From: Acutalibacteraceae bacterium
Lineage (GTDB): Bacteria > Bacillota > Clostridia > Oscillospirales > Acutalibacteraceae
Length of the DNA stretch: 56,761 nucleotides
NCBI GenBank assembly: GCA_045577905.1
Contig: JAZNJE010000123.1
Location: 1 to 56,761 of the forward strand
Reading direction: 5' to 3'
Under the pieces are notes generated by a model. It was not told where the DNA came from. It saw only the letters and a list, made by a program, of their open reading frames with translations, and made no database searches. Made by a program: the position numbers and the translations under genes. Shown here piece by piece: positions 50,889 to 56,761 of this stretch. Positions within the stretch are counted from its first letter, which is position 1, and each line of letters begins with the position of its first letter.

Positions 50889-50985
50889 CCAAGCCGAAGG
50901 CTTGGTATGTAATCTGCGATAGCGGAATGTAGTCATGTTTAAACGTGTATGTTATCAACGCAAGGCACATCTTCGGCTTGATTAC
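50889..50985 (+). repeat. Mini-hairpin array C (orphan, degenerate left half of the array type seen at 35930)
   Basis: It starts with CCAAGCCGAAGGCTTGGTATGTAATC, compared with CCAAGCCGCAGGCTTGGTATATCATC in array B. It contains TCTTCGGCTTG, complementary to its own first hairpin. No four-helix-bundle gene follows. Confidence 0.6.
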
Positions 50986-51067
50986 GGCGCGATTTAAAAG
51001 ATCTCGGCTTTGCCGACAAATGAATAAACCTGAAAAATTATGACCAAAATATTTTTGGGTGTTTTAT

Positions 51068-51682
51068 ATGAAGATTAAAGGTTTAATTTCAGGACTTCTG
51101 GCAGCGGTCATTGCTGCCGGCGCGTTTTTTTTGTCGGCACTTATTATGTTGCCATCTCTGAGTGTAGAGGAGCCGTCCTCTCCCACCCCTGCCGGAGATT
51201 CGGTTTCGGAAATCGACTACTATAATACCGAACCTGCGGTTATTCTCTGCCTTTTTGATGACGGCTCGGGACTTCTTTTAAATCTTGATTTTAGCGGGGC
51301 TTCGCTGAATGCCGTATTTTATTCAAATCACGCCGAGGAGCAGGCATACGCAGGACGGCTCGGCATAAATTATGAAATAAAAATGGGACGGGAATTTCTT
51401 TGCGTTTTTTGTGATAGAATCGGCGGCATTGAGATTGCCGAGGGAGGGGCAACGAGACGCTATCTTTCGGGCGGACTCCGCCAAAAATTAAAAGAGCACA
51501 ACGGTTTTGAGGATAAAATACAAATCATAGAGGCTTTTTTAACCAAAATTGCAAAAATAGGTTTGACCTCGGACGATTTTAAGTTTATAATTAGGGAGAG
51601 CGAAAATAATCTTTCTTATCCTGTTTGCTACGACTGGATTCCCCATATTTCGCAACTTTTTGAGAACAGAGTTTTAAATTAG
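51068..51682 (+). CDS. TM-anchored hypothetical protein (weak LytR/CpsA/Psr-like pattern)
   Basis: N-terminal TM helix followed by a soluble domain. The ATG at 51068 has a weak RBS. Confidence 0.35.
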   Translation: MKIKGLISGLLAAVIAAGAFFLSALIMLPSLSVEEPSSPTPAGDSVSEIDYYNTEPAVILCLFDDGSGLLLNLDFSGASLNAVFYSNHAEEQAYAGRLGINYEIKMGREFLCVFCDRIGGIEIAEGGATRRYLSGGLRQKLKEHNGFEDKIQIIEAFLTKIAKIGLTSDDFKFIIRESENNLSYPVCYDWIPHISQLFENRVLN

Positions 51683-51831
51683 GGGAAAGCGATGGATTCG
51701 ACACAGAGGAGGTGCGGCTTTCTGCGTTAAGCAGATACGCCCAAAGAAGAAAAGACTTCGCTCATTTATCTAATCGGAGTCTATAAATACCCGAACGGCA
51801 AAACTGTATAAATTATCTGCGGAGGATTTTT

Positions 51832-52425
51832 ATGAGCAAAAAATTCGTTATCACAATCGCAAGGGGCTTTGGCTCAGGCGGAAAGGTTATAGCAAGAGAG
51901 TTGGCGAAGGAACTTGGCATACCTTGTCACGAACACGACATTTTAACCCTTGCGGCAGAAAAAAGTGGATACGACAGAGAGCAGTTTGCCAGGGCGGACG
52001 AAAAATTAGTTCATCACACGATTTTTGACACTATGAGCAGAAAATTTGTGCCGAATGATGTTTTGTTCCGTCATCAGGCAGAGACTATAAAGGAACTTGC
52101 CGATAAGGAGTCCTGCGTAATCGTAGGAAAATGTGCCGACTATGTTCTTCGCGGCCGTGAAAACGTGTTCAGTTTTTATATTGAAGCCACCCGTGACGTA
52201 TGCCTGAAAAATGTTATGGCAAAAATGGAGGTCACCGAGGCAGAGGCAAATGCAATTATAACCGAGACCGACCAATACCGTGCTGACTACTATAAATATT
52301 ACACCCACGGAAATTACTGGACCAACCCCGTAAATTATGACCTTACCTTAAACTCGGGCAAACTCGGTCAGGAAAAATGCGTTGCGGTAATTAAAAATTA
52401 TGTTGAAATGATGCTTAAAGACTAA
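51832..52425 (+). CDS. Cytidylate kinase-like family protein
   Basis: P-loop-like ITIARGFGSGG, with a length and pattern typical of the family. Confidence 0.7.
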   Translation: MSKKFVITIARGFGSGGKVIARELAKELGIPCHEHDILTLAAEKSGYDREQFARADEKLVHHTIFDTMSRKFVPNDVLFRHQAETIKELADKESCVIVGKCADYVLRGRENVFSFYIEATRDVCLKNVMAKMEVTEAEANAIITETDQYRADYYKYYTHGNYWTNPVNYDLTLNSGKLGQEKCVAVIKNYVEMMLKD

Positions 52426-52463
52426 CATAGCAGCCGACCCAAAAGGCTGATTTACACAAGTAT

Positions 52464-52496
52464 AAAAAACCTCGATGAACTTCATCGAGGTTTTTC
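52464..52496. terminator. Bidirectional intrinsic terminator
   Basis: A 10-bp stem CCTCGATGAA/TTCATCGAGG is flanked by A and T runs, between convergent genes. Confidence 0.75.
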
Positions 52497-52512
52497 TTGT
52501 GTTTATCGGAAT

Positions 52513-53784
52513 TTATTTTATAATGTCGCAGCCCATATACTTTCTGAGCGCTTCGGGTACCGTGACGGAACCGTCGGCATTCTGATAGTTTTCGAGAATT
52601 GCGGCAACCGTTCTGCCCACCGCAACACCCGAACCGTTAAGGGTGTGAACGTATTGAGCCTTATCCTTAGGTGTTTTCTTAAATCTGATGGAGCCGCGTC
52701 TTGCCTGATAATCTTCAAAGTTGGAGCAGGAAGAAATTTCAACATATCTTCCGTATGAAGGCATCCAAACCTCAATGTCATAGGTCTTGGCAGATGAGAA
52801 ACCAAGGTCGCCCGAGCAAAGGCAAACAACACGGTAGGGAAGGCCGAGTCCCGCCAACACCCGTTCTGCATCAGCGGTCAGTTTTTCGAGTTCCTCGTAA
52901 GAGTTTTCCGGGTCGGCAAACTTAACAAGTTCAACCTTGTTAAACTGATGCTGGCGGATAAGACCGCGGGTGTCTCTGCCGGCAGAACCTGCTTCGGCCC
53001 TGAAACAAGCCGAATATGCACAATACTTTATGGGAAGGTCCTTGCCGTCCAGAATTTCGTCGCGGTGCATATTGGTAACGGGCACCTCGGCGGTAGGAAT
53101 AAGGAAATACTCGTTATTCGAAAGTTTGAAAGCATCTTCTTCAAACTTGGGAAGTTGTCCCGTTGCGGTCATCGAAGCACGGTTTGCCATAAAGGGAGGT
53201 AAAATTTCGGTATAGCCGTGCTCGGTATGTGTGTCAAGGAAATAAGAGATAATTGCACGTTCAAGACGGGCGCCGAGACCCTTATAGAAATGAAAACGGG
53301 TGCCGGTAACCTTTGCGGCAGTTTCGGGGTCCAAAATTCCCAAATCTGCACCTATATCCCAATGTGCTTTGGGCTCAAAATCAAACTTTTTGGGCTCGCC
53401 GTTTCGCCTCAGTTCGGGGTTGCAGGAGTCATCGGTTCCGACAGGCACCGTGTCGGAAGGTATGTTTGGAATCATAAGAAGCAGTTCACGCTGTTTTGCT
53501 TCAAGTTCTGCAAGTTTGGCGTCGTCTGCCTTAATCTTCTCGGAAATCTCCTTCATTTCGGCAAAAATTGGGGCAACATCCTTGCCCTCCTTTTTAAACT
53601 GGGGTATCTTTTTGGAAACATTGTTCTGTTCCGCCTTCAAAACCTCAACCGAAGCAATAATTTCTCGGCGGTGAGCATCGGTTTCCAAAAGCATATCAAT
53701 CTCTCGGTCAAGGTTTCCGTTGCGGTTTTTAACCGCCTGCTTAACCCTGTCGGCTTCCTGTCTTACAATCTTAATGTCCAACAT
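52513..53784 (-). CDS. serS: Seryl-tRNA synthetase
   Basis: N-terminal coiled-coil MLDIKIVR..., class II motifs (FRAEAGS, GSG.AVGRT). Confidence 0.95.
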   Translation of the reverse strand: MLDIKIVRQEADRVKQAVKNRNGNLDREIDMLLETDAHRREIIASVEVLKAEQNNVSKKIPQFKKEGKDVAPIFAEMKEISEKIKADDAKLAELEAKQRELLLMIPNIPSDTVPVGTDDSCNPELRRNGEPKKFDFEPKAHWDIGADLGILDPETAAKVTGTRFHFYKGLGARLERAIISYFLDTHTEHGYTEILPPFMANRASMTATGQLPKFEEDAFKLSNNEYFLIPTAEVPVTNMHRDEILDGKDLPIKYCAYSACFRAEAGSAGRDTRGLIRQHQFNKVELVKFADPENSYEELEKLTADAERVLAGLGLPYRVVCLCSGDLGFSSAKTYDIEVWMPSYGRYVEISSCSNFEDYQARRGSIRFKKTPKDKAQYVHTLNGSGVAVGRTVAAILENYQNADGSVTVPEALRKYMGCDIIK

Positions 53785-53795
53785 AATATTATCTC

Positions 53796-54635
53796 CTAAT
53801 CTGCTATTTTCTTTGCGAGTTCAGTGAGTTCTTCATCACTGTAAAATTCAAGTGTAAGGGTTCCCTTTCCGGCAGAAGTCGGCGAAATCTTTACCTTTCT
53901 ACCGAGTTCGTTTTTAAGGGCAAGTTCAACCTCTTTATAAAAATGAGGCTTTTCGGTCTTAGGCCGTTTTGGAGAAACCTTATTTGCCTTGGCGACTGCT
54001 TCAAGATCACGCACCGAGGCACCGTTTTGACTTAAACGGAAAAGGGTTGCACGAAGTTCGCTGCCCTTTTCGGCAGAGAGCAGAACCCTTGCGGCACCCG
54101 ACGAAAGTTTACCCTTTTTAAGGGCTTCGGTCTCTTCGGGGGTCAGTTCCAAAAGACGGAGGGTGTTTGCGACTGCGGGACGGCTTTTTCCGACCGCCTC
54201 GGCAACCTGCTCCTGAGTCAGAGAATAGGATACCATAAGCGAACGGTAACCGAGAGCCTCTTCCACGGGGTTAAGGTCCTCTCTTTGGAGGTTTTCGATA
54301 AGAGCCGCCTCCATAACCTCGCGCTCGTCCATTTCACGGATAACGACGGGAACGGTGCGAAGTTCTGCCATACGGCAGGCACGCCAACGGCGTTCTCCCG
54401 CAACTATTTCATATCCGCCCATAGGCTTCGGGCGAACCAAAATGGGTTGCAAAAGCCCGTGCTTTTTTATCGACTCGGAAAGTTCGATAAGAGCCTCCTC
54501 GTCAAAGTCTTTTCGGGGTTGGTCGCGGTTGGGCTCAATCTGAGAGAGCATAATTTCGGTGACCGAACTGTCGTTACCGTTTGCCTCCAAAAGAGAGTCG
54601 AGTCCTCTGCCGAGACCTCCTAATGTTTTAGCCAT
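53796..54635 (-). CDS. spo0J: Chromosome partitioning protein ParB/Spo0J
   Basis: [11 protein letters not shown]-terminus, the ParB box LLQPILVR...[12 protein letters not shown], and an HTH. Confidence 0.95.
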   Translation of the reverse strand: MAKTLGGLGRGLDSLLEANGNDSSVTEIMLSQIEPNRDQPRKDFDEEALIELSESIKKHGLLQPILVRPKPMGGYEIVAGERRWRACRMAELRTVPVVIREMDEREVMEAALIENLQREDLNPVEEALGYRSLMVSYSLTQEQVAEAVGKSRPAVANTLRLLELTPEETEALKKGKLSSGAARVLLSAEKGSELRATLFRLSQNGASVRDLEAVAKANKVSPKRPKTEKPHFYKEVELALKNELGRKVKISPTSAGKGTLTLEFYSDEELTELAKKIAD

Positions 54636-54642
54636 TTACAGT

Positions 54643-55410
54643 TCACCTGCCGTTTCTCATAATAAATTCGTCTGCAAGGGCATCGTATGACTTGGCACCC
54701 TTGCCCTTAGGGTCGTAATACTGTATCGGCATACCGTAACTCGGGGCTTCGGAAAGCCTTACTGCCCTTGGTATTGCGGTTGCAAAGAGTTTTTTATCAA
54801 AGAACTTTTTAACTTCGGCTACAACCTGCTGTGTGAGGTTGAGGCGGCCGTCATACATGGTGAGAAGCACCCCTTCAAGTTCCAACTCGGGGTTATAAAG
54901 CCTTTTAATCTTCCTGACCGTTGCCATAAGTTGGCTTAGCCCTTCAAGAGCAAAATATTCGCACTGAATGGGAACAAGCACCGTGTCGGAAGCGCATAGC
55001 GAGTTGATGGTTATAAGCCCGAGAGAGGGAGGGCAGTCGATAAATATAAAATCATAGTCTCCCTTAATAAGGCAAAGTGAATTTTTAAGTTGCGACTCTC
55101 GGTTTTCGATGCTTATAAGTTCAATTTCGGCGCCCGCAAGGTCCATATTACAGGGAATGATGTCAACACCTTCAAACTGGGTTTTGATTATCGTTTCTTT
55201 TGCCTTTTTTGCACCGATTAAAAGTTCATAAGACGAGGAGGAAAGCCCCTGCTTATTGATGCCGTAGGCAGAGGTGGTGTTTCCTTGCGGGTCGGCATCT
55301 ATAAGAAGAATCTTTTTGCCCCGCCGACCGAGTGCCGAGGCTAGGTTGACGGCGGAGGTTGTTTTACCGACACCGCCTTTCTGATTTACGACAGAGATTA
55401 TTTTGCCCAT
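54643..55410 (-). CDS. soj: Chromosome partitioning ATPase ParA/Soj
   Basis: Deviant Walker A NQKGGVGKTT and a ParA-type length. Confidence 0.95.
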   Translation of the reverse strand: MGKIISVVNQKGGVGKTTSAVNLASALGRRGKKILLIDADPQGNTTSAYGINKQGLSSSSYELLIGAKKAKETIIKTQFEGVDIIPCNMDLAGAEIELISIENRESQLKNSLCLIKGDYDFIFIDCPPSLGLITINSLCASDTVLVPIQCEYFALEGLSQLMATVRKIKRLYNPELELEGVLLTMYDGRLNLTQQVVAEVKKFFDKKLFATAIPRAVRLSEAPSYGMPIQYYDPKGKGAKSYDALADEFIMRNGR

Positions 55411-55429
55411 AAGGCATCTCCTTTTTATA

Positions 55430-56761
55430 TTATTTTACGCTGAAAAGCATATCCCCGTAGGACGGATAGGGCCAAATTGCCGAATCGCAGATTTTTTCAA
55501 GGGAGTCAACATAGAAACGAAGGGTATCCATTGAGGAAAGAACCTTTTCTCTGTAATGTGTGGCAAGAGCAAGAGAATCTTTTATCTCTTTCGCTGAACT
55601 TACAGCATCTTCCAAAACAGCAAGTTCCTTTGAAGCCGAGGAGATGAGCGAAGAAGCCTTTTCAAGGGTTTCAAGTTCATATTCGCAGGAAATCTTGCCT
55701 TTTATGGCCTTGACGGCACCCTTCGAGATAACCGTGTCGCTCAAATTTTTGGTAAAGAGGGATGCGGCGGGAAGAATGTCCCTGTGAACCATATCAATCA
55801 TAGTAAGGGCTTCGATATTTACAACCTTTGAATAGTTATCCAGCAAAATTTCGTAGCGGGAATGAAGTTCAGTCTCGGAATATACCTTGTGGGTAGAGAA
55901 AAGCGCTATATTCTTTTCCTTTAAGAGGTAAGGCAAGCAGTCGGGGGTCGATTTGAGATTCAAAAGGCCACGAATTTCGGCCTCCTTCTCCCAAGTTTCG
56001 TCATAGGAGTTGCCGTTAAAGATAATCCTTTTATGCTCGCGGAAGGTTTTCTTGATAAGTTCGTGGAGATCGGTTTCAAGATTTTCTGACGATTCCAGAA
56101 CATCTGCAAATTGACGGAGAGATTCGGCAACAGCGGTGTTAAGAACAACATTAGGTTCCGAAACCGAAGCGGCAGAGCCGAGCATACGAAGTTCAAACTT
56201 ATTGCCCGTAAAGGCAAAGGGAGAGGTGCGATTGCGGTCGGTTGTATCCTTAGGGAATTTGGGAAGAACGTGAACGCCGACCTTCATCAAGGTCTTTTCC
56301 TTGCCGTCATAGGTCGTATCATTTTCGATTGCTTCGAGAATTTCGGTCAATTCTTCGCCGAGGAAGATTGAAAGTGCCGCAGGAGGAGCCTCGTGTGAGC
56401 CGAGACGGTGGTCGTTTCCTGCCGAGGCAACCGAAATACGGAGCAAGTCCTGATAATCGACAACAGCCTTGATTACAGCACAAAGGAAAAGCAGGAACTG
56501 CGCGTTGTCATAGGGAGTTTCACCGGGCTCAAGAAGATTAACGCCCGTGCTTGTTGATATTGACCAGTTATTGTGCTTGCCGCTTCCGTTAACACCCTCA
56601 AAAGGCTTTTCGTGAAGCAGGCAAATCATATCGTGCTTCTTTGCAACCTTCTGCATAATCTCCATCGTGAGCTGATTATGGTCAGTTGCAAGGTTGGTTG
56701 TCAAGAAAATCGGAGCAAGCTCGTGCTGAGCGGGAGCCGCCTCATTATGCTCTGTTTTTGC
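55430..56761 (-). CDS. glnN: Glutamine synthetase type III, C-terminal part (gene continues beyond the window)
   Basis: Motifs LHEKPF.G.NGSGKHNNWS and NDHRLG..EAPP, with the long C-terminal extension typical of type III GS. The frame is open to the window edge. Confidence 0.85.
   Translation of the reverse strand, partial: AKTEHNEAAPAQHELAPIFLTTNLATDHNQLTMEIMQKVAKKHDMICLLHEKPFEGVNGSGKHNNWSISTSTGVNLLEPGETPYDNAQFLLFLCAVIKAVVDYQDLLRISVASAGNDHRLGSHEAPPAALSIFLGEELTEILEAIENDTTYDGKEKTLMKVGVHVLPKFPKDTTDRNRTSPFAFTGNKFELRMLGSAASVSEPNVVLNTAVAESLRQFADVLESSENLETDLHELIKKTFREHKRIIFNGNSYDETWEKEAEIRGLLNLKSTPDCLPYLLKEKNIALFSTHKVYSETELHSRYEILLDNYSKVVNIEALTMIDMVHRDILPAASLFTKNLSDTVISKGAVKAIKGKISCEYELETLEKASSLISSASKELAVLEDAVSSAKEIKDSLALATHYREKVLSSMDTLRFYVDSLEKICDSAIWPYPSYGDMLFSVK

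Noticed and set aside
51682-51702. GGGGAAAGCGATGGATTCGAC resembles the 5' end of tmRNA (GGGG-N-GGATTCGAC)
   Set aside because: Only ~145 nt separate it from the next CDS. There is no tag reading frame ending in ALAA-like residues, no pseudoknot region, no matching 3' tRNA-like half and no nearby smpB. It is probably chance, or at most a tiny relic.

Overview
The window looks like chromosomal DNA from a spore-forming Clostridia-type Firmicute. Supporting genes are spoVAE, DUF421/DUF4363, reverse rubrerythrin with PerR and Rex, type III glutamine synthetase and a ChW-repeat endolysin. All family calls come from motif recognition on the translated ORFs. No database search was possible.

Most of the window is ordinary housekeeping. 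This includes trkAH, folT behind a THF riboswitch, uxaBA, two degV genes flanking a hemolysin-III gene, the livJHMGF-type ABC operon, nadABC-niaR, nnr, serS and soj-spo0J.

Four things stand out:
1. A self-contained ~10.6-kb phage-like locus for head, short tail and lysis (23873..34445, minus strand). It has 13 genes, its own promoter and terminators, and no integrase, replication, lysogeny or long-tail genes. It is a candidate domesticated podovirus-like particle of the GTA/PBSX type.
2. Its promoter has helically phased TGTCC direct repeats placed exactly 13 nt upstream of the -10. The same architecture recurs 15 kb away in front of an AT-rich islet next to tRNA-Arg. That islet encodes a mini MuF (portal-associated zinc-ribbon) domain fused to a DUF6883-like domain, plus a DUF4926-like partner. 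This suggests a co-regulated toxin/immunity-like module that could be capsid cargo.
3. A recurrent cassette sits downstream of tRNA terminators in three places. It consists of an array of GNA-loop mini-hairpins separated by a short word that occurs first direct and then inverted, then an extended -10 promoter, a four-helix-bundle (23S rRNA IVS/Avd-like) gene and a small membrane-protein gene. One copy is intact, one is decayed, and one is an orphan half-array.
4. The tRNA-Glu locus carries a 16-nt duplicate of the tRNA 3' end including CCA, with its own terminator, and a perfect 132-bp direct repeat flanks the decayed cassette.

No CRISPR array, rRNA, transposase or integrase was seen.
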